32,000 nt of DNA from Cylindrospermum sp. FACHB-282 (lineage in GTDB: Bacteria > Cyanobacteriota > Cyanobacteriia > Cyanobacteriales > Nostocaceae). Shown piece by piece: positions 24,422 to 32,000 of this stretch; position 1 is the first letter of the stretch; each line of letters begins with the position of its first letter. Made by a program: the position numbers and the translations under genes. The DNA lies in the NCBI RefSeq assembly GCF_014697195.1, contig NZ_JACJRJ010000023.1, forward strand, positions 60,755-92,754. The letters run 5' to 3'. The notes under the pieces are model-generated. The model did not search any database. It was not told the DNA's origin and was given only the letters and a program-made list of their open reading frames with translations.

Positions 24422-25381
24422 CTAACGAGTCCCAGCAGTTTCCAAAGTCAAATCTTGAAACATCACCGTGCTGAGATAGCGTTCACCAAAGGAAGGCTGA
24501 ATCATCACGATTAACTTACCGGCATTTTCAGGGCGTTTACCCACCTGAATTGCAGCGCACAAAGCAGCACCGGAAGATATACCTGATAATAAACCTTCTT
24601 CTTTCGCCAAACGTCGCCCAAAAGCGATCGCCTGTTCATCACTAACTCTAATCACCTCATCAATCAATTCCAAGCGCAGAACATCGGGAACAAATCCCGC
24701 ACCGATACCTTGAATTTTATGAGGGCCCGGTTCACCACCAGATAAAATAGGGCTATTGCTGGGTTCAATTGCGATCGCCTGAAAACTCGGCTTACGTTGT
24801 TTCAAAACCTCCGCCACCCCCGTAATCGTCCCCCCAGTACCTACCCCAGCAATCACAAAATCAACTTCCCCATCAGTATCTTCCCAAATTTCCTCAGCAG
24901 TAGTTTCCCGGTGAATTTTCGGATTAGCTGGGTTGCGGAACTGTTGCAGCATCAAAGCATCAGGAGTATTAGCCACAATTTCCTCCGCCTTGCGAATTGC
25001 ACCCCGCATCCCTTCAGCCCCCGGTGTCAACTCCAGAGACGCACCATAAGCCCGAAGCATAGCCCGTCTTTCTTGGCTCATAGTCTCCGGCATCGTCAAA
25101 ATTAACCGATAACCACGGGCTGCTGCAACCATCGCCAGAGCAATTCCCGTATTACCCGAAGTAGGCTCAACTAAAACGGTTTTCCCCGGCGAAATCAACC
25201 CCTCAGCCTCTGCTGCGTCTATCATGCTCACCCCAATCCGGTCTTTTACCGAAGCCGCTGGGTTCATCCCTTCTAACTTAACAACTATCCTGGCAACTAC
25301 TCCCTCAGCTTGGGGAATTTTGTTCAGCTGAACTAAAGGAGTTCTACCAATAAGTTCTGTTACGTCTTTAGCTATCCGCAT
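24422..25381 (-). CDS. cysK: Cysteine synthase A (O-acetylserine sulfhydrylase)
   Basis: Family motifs present: [26 protein letters not shown] (PLP lysine), [10 protein letters not shown] and [10 protein letters not shown]. Confidence 0.95.
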   Translation of the reverse strand: MRIAKDVTELIGRTPLVQLNKIPQAEGVVARIVVKLEGMNPAASVKDRIGVSMIDAAEAEGLISPGKTVLVEPTSGNTGIALAMVAAARGYRLILTMPETMSQERRAMLRAYGASLELTPGAEGMRGAIRKAEEIVANTPDALMLQQFRNPANPKIHRETTAEEIWEDTDGEVDFVIAGVGTGGTITGVAEVLKQRKPSFQAIAIEPSNSPILSGGEPGPHKIQGIGAGFVPDVLRLELIDEVIRVSDEQAIAFGRRLAKEEGLLSGISSGAALCAAIQVGKRPENAGKLIVMIQPSFGERYLSTVMFQDLTLETAGTR

Positions 25382-25721
25382 AAATTAACTCCTAAAATCC
25401 TAAATCTTAGTGCAAAGTATTTACTTATAACAATAAGCTTCTGTATTTAATTTGCATTTGAGTACCAACGAGTATAGATACTCTGTACTCTAACTAAACC
25501 ACAAAATCTAACAACTAAATCGGAATTTCGCTCAGGTTTTCCCAGTAATTGTAGCTGATAACTGAGGTTACTTTGCAGTGCCTAGCTTTACCATTTTTTA
25601 AATGCTGATTCTCACCTTTAGCGGCAAAGTCCACTGGCTGAAGCTATTGGTAGGTAAAAATAGTTGGGACTAACACACTATGCAAAGTTACCCTAATTAT
25701 AGGCTTTTTCAATAATTTTTT

Positions 25722-26090
25722 GATGCATCCCTAACAGTAGGGTGCGTTCCCTAACCCACGAACTAGATTTTTGATGCGTCTCTTTACGCATCCTACGAGT
25801 AGTTCCCTAACCCACGAACTAGATTTTTGATGCGTCTCTTTACGCATCCTACGAGTAGTTCCCTAACCCACGAACTAGATTTTTGATGCATCCCTAACAG
25901 TAGGGTGCGTTCCCTAACCCACGAACTAGATTTTTGATGCATCCCTAACAGTAGGGTGCGTTCCCTAACCCACGAACTAGATTTTTGATGCATCAGGGGA
26001 CGCATCCTACGAGTAGTTCCCTAACGCACGAATTAGATTTTTGATGCGTCTCTTTACGCATCCTACGAGTAGCTCCCTAACCCACGAATT
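25722..26090. repeat. Tandem array of 7 units (51 or 56 nt) of two alternating unit types
   Basis: gatgc unit starts fall at 25722, 25773, 25829, 25885, 25936, 25987 and 26043. Type A carries gcatccctaacagtagggtgc. Type B carries the hairpin gatgcgtctctttacgcatc. All units share gttccctaacccacgaactagattttt. Confidence 0.9.
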
Positions 26091-26568
26091 ACCACTTTTT
26101 AATTCTTAATTGTTTAACGGTACGACTTGATACTTTACAAAGATTCTCTAACTTATTGGGAAAGATTTAATTTTATTTTCTACTTCTCTAGTTTATCTTT
26201 ACTAAGAGACATTGTTTGTTTGAGTACAGGTTTTCACCGCCCATAATAGGTAGGTAAACGCCCACAACCACCAGCCCAGATGGCTTTTTTCTGAGTACAA
26301 AAATCCCCGACCCCCATATCATAAATGCTAGTACCCCACATCATAAATGCTAGTACCCATACCCCAAATAATTTTTTAAAGACTTATCAGACAGGGATTG
26401 TAAGCCTTGAGTACTATCTTAATAACTTCAATAATCTTAACTCGGCTGATGTAAACGGCCGTGTGGAGAGGTGGCTGATATAAATCATTTAGGATTTACG
26501 CAGAGATTCCCCTCTACCCCCCGAAATTCCCAGACGAAAGTCTGACGAACTAGGGGGGACTTCTTATC

Positions 26569-26606
26569 CAAAATTCAAAATTCAAAATTCAAAATTCAAA
26601 AAAATT
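26569..26606. repeat. Heptanucleotide tandem repeat (caaaatt) x4 plus a degenerate unit
   Basis: Units start at 26569, 26576, 26583 and 26590. Confidence 0.9.
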
Positions 26607-26807
26607 ACTTTATGGAAAAGCGTCAGGATTAATGTGTCCTTGTTTACAGTCCATAAATAAACTTAAGAATTCTAATTTTTGCTTTTAATTTTCGATTCCC
26701 CCAAAAAGGATTGACTGTTACAGAAGCAGAAAAAAGAAAGCTGCTGGGATAAACCGCCAGAGACATTGCATTACTGGCTGAATACCACCTAGCAAGGGAG
26801 AGTCAAG

Positions 26808-27236
26808 ATGAAAGTCAAACTTTTAAATGTTCTTACGGTTTGTGCTGTTACTTTAGCGGTGCTTTCTCCAGGTCTAATAGTCTTCGGTGTGATTTGGGGA
26901 AGACATATAGAGTTAGTTAAGACACAGAATTTATCCTGTGAAGTTAACAATAATAGTATAGGCACTCACGCCTTAGCTCCCCAGCCAGATGGTACACAAA
27001 GCTCTCAATACCAAGCTAGCACAAAATTCCCTAATCGTAATCTTTTGAGGAGATTACAGAATGGTGATGAACATTATCCAATCACCACAATCCTGCAATG
27101 GTTATTTTTGATCATACCTATTGGCATTGGTTTAGGGATTATTGGCTACGACAGGTATCTTGTGTATCGTGCTGCTGTTTTAAAACAACAGATTGAAATG
27201 TTGGAAAAGCTTTGGCAGCAGAGTATTGAGCAATAA
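26808..27236 (+). CDS. Hypothetical 2-TM membrane protein with a C-terminal coiled-coil-like tail
   Basis: TM segments are LLNVLTVCAVTLAVLSPGLIVFGVIW and ILQWLFLIIPIGIGLGIIGY. An RBS-like gggaga lies upstream. Confidence 0.55.
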   Translation: MKVKLLNVLTVCAVTLAVLSPGLIVFGVIWGRHIELVKTQNLSCEVNNNSIGTHALAPQPDGTQSSQYQASTKFPNRNLLRRLQNGDEHYPITTILQWLFLIIPIGIGLGIIGYDRYLVYRAAVLKQQIEMLEKLWQQSIEQ

Positions 27237-27276
27237 GCTATTCGATGTCCACTGATTCTAAATAAACCAAGTTACC

Positions 27277-27540
27277 ATGTCAGAAGAACGCCAAGCTCAG
27301 TATTTTAACCTGATTGATGAACTCCTCAGATGTCCTAATGGTCAAGAACCAGAAGTTTTAGAATCTCACCCAGAATTAATTGATGCTAATTTAGTACAGA
27401 CAATGCTACAAGTGGCCACCATGTTTGCCCATGAAGGTAATCAAGACGGTGCCCAGTTTTTATTTTTTATTGGACGAGAGTTAGCTAAACAGTTGGGATT
27501 ATATCCTGAAGTTTCTAATGAGGTTGTAAATAAGGAGTAA
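27277..27540 (+). CDS. Small protein resembling the N-terminal module of cyanobacterial CHAT/TPR proteins
   Basis: YFNLIDELLRCPNGQEPEVLESHPELIDANLVQTMLQVATMFAHEGNQDGAQFL matches a module I recall at the N-terminus of many large Nostoc TPR/CHAT proteins. That comparison is from memory and is not verified. Confidence 0.5.
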   Translation: MSEERQAQYFNLIDELLRCPNGQEPEVLESHPELIDANLVQTMLQVATMFAHEGNQDGAQFLFFIGRELAKQLGLYPEVSNEVVNKE

Positions 27541-27542
27541 CA

Positions 27543-27854
27543 ATGCTGTTGACTTCAACTGACGCGGGAAAAATAGCGTTAGAGTTCCTCATGGCAGATT
27601 GGAACATCTCAGAAGATCACAGAGAATGGTTTACCATCTTTGACTCTCGTCTGGTTGGTGAATGTTGGTACATTGTAGAACTGGGTGTAGAAGGATTTCC
27701 CGATAGGTGGTTTATTCAAGTTTACGACACGGGAGCCTGTGACCCAAACTATACATTTATTTCACCTATCAGTGGTGCTGATGGATATGTGGACATCACA
27801 AATGTACCAGAGATAGTTGCTGAGGTTTTGGTGTCAGAACGCAATTCCAGATAA
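27543..27854 (+). CDS. Hypothetical small soluble protein
   Basis: 103-aa ORF starting 2 nt after the preceding stop, which suggests coupling. No motif recognised. Confidence 0.5.
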   Translation: MLLTSTDAGKIALEFLMADWNISEDHREWFTIFDSRLVGECWYIVELGVEGFPDRWFIQVYDTGACDPNYTFISPISGADGYVDITNVPEIVAEVLVSERNSR

Positions 27855-27856
27855 GC

Positions 27857-27959
27857 TAATTGGTAATGGGTAATGGGTAATTGGTAATGGGAATAAAATT
27901 ATATCTATTCCCTATTCCCTATTCCTATTCCCTATTACCCATTACCTATTCTCTATTAG
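27857..27959. repeat. Two opposed STRR heptamer arrays: (taatggg/taattgg) x5, then (ctattcc/ccattac) x8
   Basis: Units run 27857-27891 and 27905-27959. The halves are partly complementary, so they could form a hairpin immediately after the 103-aa ORF. Confidence 0.9.
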
Positions 27960-28077
27960 GAGGTGATACTTAACCAGAGTAACCTCCTTTTTTGATGTGC
28001 TATTTAAGCTTTTTTTTATAAAAACAAGGCAATTTGTCAACCTTAAATGACAAAATTATGTTATATTAAATAGCGTG

Positions 28078-28440
28078 ATGGACGCTACAGAATTATCAGG
28101 ACAAATGATTGCTGAAGACATCCTAGCCAAAGAATTCACAAAAGTCGTCAACCACTACTACCCAAAAACTGGGGAACTACTAGACGGGTGCTATGTGAAA
28201 GTCATCACCTGTTTCTGGGGACGACCTGCTAAACGCTTTCAATACATAGGGATTTATTGCTCTGCGGATATGATTCCCCATGTACTAGCCCATAAACACA
28301 TACTCAGGGAAGTTGCAGACAATATGGGGCTGATTCAGGTAGTCTGCATGAATGCCAAGCGATTGCTCCGTGATCCTATGTCAAAGCTTAAGCAGTCCGA
28401 ACCCCGCTTATGGTTGGAGTTGCAGTTGGTTGCAACCTAA
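28078..28440 (+). CDS. Hypothetical protein
   Basis: 120-aa ORF counted from the ATG at 28078 (a GTG lies at 28075). No motif recognised. It ends 18 nt before the LLM gene. Confidence 0.5.
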   Translation: MDATELSGQMIAEDILAKEFTKVVNHYYPKTGELLDGCYVKVITCFWGRPAKRFQYIGIYCSADMIPHVLAHKHILREVADNMGLIQVVCMNAKRLLRDPMSKLKQSEPRLWLELQLVAT

Positions 28441-28458
28441 AAATAGCGATTTCAAAAA

Positions 28459-29463
28459 ATGAAAACTGGACTTTTCTGCAATTACGAAAATCATCATCAA
28501 GATGCCCGTCGCGCCATCTTTGAACAAGTGGCGTTGGTGAAACAGGCGGAAACTTTGGGCTTTGAACAAGCCTGGGTGAGTGAGCATCATTTTAGTGAAT
28601 CCAATCTCAGCCCATCAATGTTGCTGTTAATGGCACATTTGGCGGGTGTTACCTCAACTATCCGTTTAGGGACTGCGGCAGTATTGCTGCCATTTCATAA
28701 CCCGATTCGGGTAGCTGAGGATATTGCCACCCTGGATAATTTGTGCAATGGGAGGCTGGAATTTGGGGTAGCCAAAGGAGGCCCCTTTCCCCAGCAGAAT
28801 AAGCATTTTGCCATACCCATGAGTGAATCCCGTGGCCAGATGCTTGAGGCGATCGCATTGATTCAAAAGCTTTTATATGAAACCAACGTATCATTTAACG
28901 GGCAACATTATCAATGCGAGAGCCTGACAATTTACCCCAAACCATTGCAGCAACCGATACCCGTGTATGTCGCTAGTGGTGATGATAGTGCGATCGCTTA
29001 TGCGGCCAAACATTCCTTCAGCTTAATGGGAGGGCCGCCCTTTTCCCTAGAAAGACTGAAAAAGACTGTTAGCAAATATCGGGAATTAAATTCTAGCGGT
29101 GCAGAAAACTTGATGCTGGCACGCTTCTTTTTTGTGGGACAAACCGACAGTGAGGCAGTGAGTGAAGCGTTGCCATTTATCCGCCATTTCAGCCAAAAAA
29201 TGACGGCAAACACCGTTCAAGTAATGCAGAACAGTGGCCAGAAGCAGAATCCATTTAATCGGACAAATATCTGTTTTGACGAAGACTACCTGATTTCCAA
29301 CTCAATTATCGGTGATGTAAAAACCTGTCGCGACAAAATCAAGAAATTTCAAGACGAACTCAACCTAGGCACACTGGCGCTTAAACCCTCATCCTTGGCT
29401 CTGTCAAAGAATCTGGAGAGTTTACAGCGCTACAATCAAGAGGTGAGAAATTATGTCTTCTAA
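28459..29463 (+). CDS. LLM-class (luciferase-like) flavin-dependent oxidoreductase
   Basis: The N-terminal pattern LVKQAETLGFEQAWVSEHHF ... LGTAVLLPFHNPIRVAEDIATLDNLCNGRLEFGVAKG is typical of bacterial luciferase-like monooxygenases. Confidence 0.85.
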   Translation: MKTGLFCNYENHHQDARRAIFEQVALVKQAETLGFEQAWVSEHHFSESNLSPSMLLLMAHLAGVTSTIRLGTAAVLLPFHNPIRVAEDIATLDNLCNGRLEFGVAKGGPFPQQNKHFAIPMSESRGQMLEAIALIQKLLYETNVSFNGQHYQCESLTIYPKPLQQPIPVYVASGDDSAIAYAAKHSFSLMGGPPFSLERLKKTVSKYRELNSSGAENLMLARFFFVGQTDSEAVSEALPFIRHFSQKMTANTVQVMQNSGQKQNPFNRTNICFDEDYLISNSIIGDVKTCRDKIKKFQDELNLGTLALKPSSLALSKNLESLQRYNQEVRNYVF

Positions 29464-29827
29464 ACTATCCCTGCTTCCTCCCGACGACTTACCTCCTATT
29501 CAGGTAAGCAAACAGGATGGAATGCTGCATCTGGAGTTAGAACAGTCTATCGGCAGATGCTACTATCAAGCTTGCGATCGCATAACCCAAGTACTACTAT
29601 CTAATTGTCAGTGGTATCTCACAACAAATACCACCACCCTGATGCTGATCATCGATTGCCCTGACCTAGTATCCTACTGGCATATAGTCAGCAACATACC
29701 CCAGTTAGGGAATCGGCTACAACGATTTACCAGCGACGCCAAAATCCGAGTTTACCCCCCATTCGGTAAAGGTAAACCCTTTGAAATTGCTGTGAATGAA
29801 ATATCAGCATATCGAGATTGGCTGTAA
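29453..29827 (+). CDS. Hypothetical protein, start overlapping the LLM gene 3' end by 11 nt
   Basis: 124-aa ORF with an ATG at 29453, inside the last codons of the LLM gene. No motif recognised. Confidence 0.5.
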   Translation: MSSKLSLLPPDDLPPIQVSKQDGMLHLELEQSIGRCYYQACDRITQVLLSNCQWYLTTNTTTLMLIIDCPDLVSYWHIVSNIPQLGNRLQRFTSDAKIRVYPPFGKGKPFEIAVNEISAYRDWL

Positions 29828-29946
29828 ATTCTAAGTTTTATCTCACCCCAAGACGCAAAAGTTTTCTTAGCTTCTTTGCGTCTGGGCGTGAGGTTATACT
29901 GAATATAAGCGCAACCCTAGATTTTATCGGGCGTTAAGAGAAAGCA

Positions 29947-30555
29947 ATGGTTAATAATTTTATAACTAATAAAAAGCAACTTTTTGACCGCTGGGCACCA
30001 AGTTACGATTGGACATTTCCTTCTTTTATTTACCAAGCAATTCATAAAAGATTACTTTCTCAAGTTGAATTACCCCCACAAGCCAATGTACTTGATTTAG
30101 GCTGTGGTACCGGACGTTTACTAGACCGCTTGGCAACTCAATTTCCTGAATTGCGCGGTACCGGATTAGATTTATCTCCCCAGATGTTGCGAGTAGCTAG
30201 ACAAAGCAACCGTCATCATCCCCGCTTAATCTATCTTGAGGGAAATGCTGAATCTCTACCCTTTGCCGAAGGTCAATTTGACGCAGTTTTTAACTCCATC
30301 AGTTTCTTACACTATCCCGAACCGCAACAAGTTTTAAATGAAGTAGCGCGGGTGCTTTCTCCCGGTGGAAGATTCTATTTAGTTGATATAACTACTAAAA
30401 GTGAAACAGCATCTCAACTAATAGCCAACTCTCCTGCGAGAATTAGATTTTACAGCCCAGAAAGCCGGGAAAAATTAGGTAATAACGCCGGACTATTGTG
30501 TATAGGTCACTATTATTTATTAGGCCCAGTTTTGCTGACCATTTTTGAAAAATAG
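29947..30555 (+). CDS. Class I SAM-dependent methyltransferase (Methyltransf_11/UbiE-like)
   Basis: Motif I is VLDLGCGTGRLL. Post-I is GLDLSPQML. Motif II-like is FDAVFNSISFLHY, and LSPGGRFYLVD is also present. Confidence 0.85.
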   Translation: MVNNFITNKKQLFDRWAPSYDWTFPSFIYQAIHKRLLSQVELPPQANVLDLGCGTGRLLDRLATQFPELRGTGLDLSPQMLRVARQSNRHHPRLIYLEGNAESLPFAEGQFDAVFNSISFLHYPEPQQVLNEVARVLSPGGRFYLVDITTKSETASQLIANSPARIRFYSPESREKLGNNAGLLCIGHYYLLGPVLLTIFEK

Positions 30556-30630
30556 GAAAACTGCTGTAAGAGGATATTAGGACTAGCCCTTTCAAGGTGG
30601 GTAAAATTTTTGTCAAGAAAATCCTCTTTA

Positions 30631-30770
30631 ACCTCTTTCCTCTGTGTACTCTGTGCCCTTCGGGTTCACCAGTCGCTCATGGGGAGCCACTGCGTTGGAC
30701 GGGTTCCCCGGCTTAAAGCACGTGGCGTGGAAACAAGACGGTTCTGCGCGCTGGCTCACCTCTGCGGTTA
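30631..30770. repeat. GC-rich dispersed-repeat block
   Basis: Local GC content is far above the surroundings. It contains cctctgcg-type motifs seen again at 31211-31250 and resembles 1241-1357. Confidence 0.5.
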
Positions 30771-30786
30771 AATAAACTTGTTTTTA

Positions 30787-30896
30787 GGCGTTGCTGATCA
30801 AAGTATGAAATGCCAAAATTACCCTTCGTTTTCTTCGTAGCTTTGAGCCTTTGCGCCTCTGCGCGAAACAAATTCATATTCTCAATCAGCAACGCC
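30787..30896. mobile_element. MITE-like element, family copy 2 (TIR ggcgttgctgat ... atcagcaacgcc)
   Basis: Perfect 12-bp terminal inverted repeat. The ends and subterminal motifs match 18325-18436. Confidence 0.7.
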
Positions 30897-31065
30897 TGTT
30901 TTTAACTACAGACAACCAGAGTCCGTGGAGAGAGAAATAGAGATTTTTTTTCCACAGACTCTGGTTTCATAAGTGACCTTGAAAGTGCTAGATATTAGGA
31001 CTTACGCATTGACAAAAAATGGTAAATATGTTTTTCAATTTTATTCATTGAAAGTCCTATAAATT

Positions 31066-31120
31066 GTGCGTTAGGGAACGCACACTACGTGTAAGATGCG
31101 TAAAGAAGCGCATCGAAAAA
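31066..31120. repeat. Solitary, inverted, diverged copy of the 25722-26090 tandem unit
   Basis: The reverse complement (gatgcgcttctttacgcatcttacacgtagtgtgcgttccctaacgcac) parallels the type-B unit (gatgcgtctctttacgcatcctacgagtagttccctaacccac). Confidence 0.65.
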
Positions 31121-31299
31121 GCCTGAAAAAAGGGTAAATTTGTACAGTACGTAAGTCCTATTTTGGATAAAGTCGAGCTATAGCGTTTCCTAGTCTGCTG
31201 AGGTACAAATCTCTGCGTACCTCTGCGCTTTACTTTGCGTCCCTTTGCGTTTCAAAATATTATCTGTACCTCACGTAACTCTTAATCGCTATAAGTAAG

Positions 31300-31710
31300 T
31301 CAAGGAGAATTTGTTAATTCCTCAATCAATTGCTCAGGAGTTAGAATTCGCGGAGTAACAACAGGGAAATCTTGAGGATTACGGGTAATAATTGCATCTA
31401 ATTGATTTAATACAGCAGTGGAGTATTGGATAGCATCTCCAAAATCCCTAAAATTGGCTGTGAGAGCCATTGTAATTACAGCCTGATTTACCGTAGCAAT
31501 TTGGCACAAGGTAACTAACTGATTTAAATAACTAAGCGTCCAATCTCGACCTCTTGCCCTACGGATAATGTAATACAAATCACTAAAAGTTGAAGCTGAA
31601 ATATAACCTTCTATTTGCCCTTGTTCAATCTGTGATAAAACTTGCTCACTAGCATCCCAAAAAGGTGCTCTTTCCAGAGCATCATCAACAATGATATTAG
31701 TATCTAGCAA
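31300..31710 (-). CDS. PIN-domain toxin (VapC-like)
   Basis: N-terminal LDTNIIVDD carries the PIN acidic residue. DFGDAIQYSTA and AIITRNPQDF also fit the PIN pattern. The start appears to be a TTG at 31710, 5 nt after the upstream gene's stop. Confidence 0.8.
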   Translation of the reverse strand: MLDTNIIVDDALERAPFWDASEQVLSQIEQGQIEGYISASTFSDLYYIIRRARGRDWTLSYLNQLVTLCQIATVNQAVITMALTANFRDFGDAIQYSTAVLNQLDAIITRNPQDFPVVTPRILTPEQLIEELTNSP

Positions 31711-31715
31711 GACTT

Positions 31716-32000
31716 TCAGAGGTTATGTTTCTCCTTTAAATATTCCCATTTGGCTTGTTCTGGATCAAAGTCTGCTGGAACGGGCGGGGCATTTTCAAAT
31801 AAACCCTCAAATGCTTTTACCCTAGATTTTCTCTTTGGTGTTTCTGGTGCTGGTTCACTTGCTGGGACTTGAGTATTATCAAGTGTCTCAGCAGTTGGCC
31901 AGACTATCACCTCCACATCTCCGGGGGGTAAATTCACAGGTTCGGTAATCACCAAGTTACCAGATTGGTCAATTTTTCCTTTGAGTTTGTATGCTTGCAT
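31716..32000 (-). CDS. Putative antitoxin partner of the PIN toxin
   Basis: 94-aa ORF whose ATG is the last three bases of the window (31998-32000). It is small, has a Pro/acidic-rich linker, and lies immediately upstream of the PIN gene on the same strand. Confidence 0.65.
   Translation of the reverse strand: MQAYKLKGKIDQSGNLVITEPVNLPPGDVEVIVWPTAETLDNTQVPASEPAPETPKRKSRVKAFEGLFENAPPVPADFDPEQAKWEYLKEKHNL

Noticed and set aside
25793-26005. 70-aa minus-strand ORF with the repeated peptide MHQKSSSWVRERTLLLG
   Set aside because: It is purely a read-through of the tandem DNA repeat units and shows no independent coding signal.
25722-26090. Possible CRISPR array, given regularly spaced repeats of about 30 nt
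   Set aside because: The segments that would be spacers are themselves repeated (only two or three variants). The period is 51/56 nt with no unique spacers, and no cas genes are present. It is a tandem repeat, not a CRISPR array.
1-32000. tRNA, rRNA, tmRNA, RNase P RNA or riboswitch candidates in the intergenic regions
   Set aside because: I recognised no cloverleaf-compatible segments (no GTTCGAATC-type T-arm) and no known riboswitch cores by eye. This is a weak negative without covariance-model searches.

Overview
This window looks like chromosomal DNA from a heterocyst-forming cyanobacterium of the Nostoc/Anabaena type. Three things support that. I counted at least 23 HIP1 octamers (GCGATCGC) by eye. 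There are several heptameric STRR-like tandem arrays. Many intergenic hairpin or MITE-like repeats typical of Nostocales are present.

The conserved core spans about 9.4-18.2 kb. It contains patB/cnfR on the minus strand, divergent from a 2[4Fe-4S] ferredoxin and coxB-coxA-coxC. From memory, this matches the heterocyst-specific cox2 locus next to patB in Anabaena PCC 7120. Three further genes follow: a 162-aa helical protein, a cysteine-dioxygenase-like cupin, and an ArsC-family nitrogenase-associated protein.

Other ordinary genes are a channel/TrkA-N protein, a 7TM-PAS-GGDEF cyclase, a ROK sugar kinase, a Mut7-C/DUF82 protein, a sucrase-ferredoxin-like protein, cysK, an LLM flavin oxidoreductase and a SAM methyltransferase.

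Four regions look accessory:
1. An AT-rich island (3.1-5.1 kb) with a NERD nuclease-like gene and a membrane protein.
2. A translationally coupled three-gene module (18.6-22.8 kb). It encodes a small protein with a hydrophobic N-terminus, a DUF29-like protein, and an NB-ARC/TPR STAND NTPase with 13 near-identical 126-bp TPR units. This is my best candidate for an undescribed conflict or cell-death system.
3. A DUF559 endonuclease gene flanked by a perfect 46-bp inverted repeat.
4. A PIN-toxin/antitoxin pair at the right edge.

I recognised no rRNA, tRNA or CRISPR array. All family assignments come from motif recognition by eye, not from searches.
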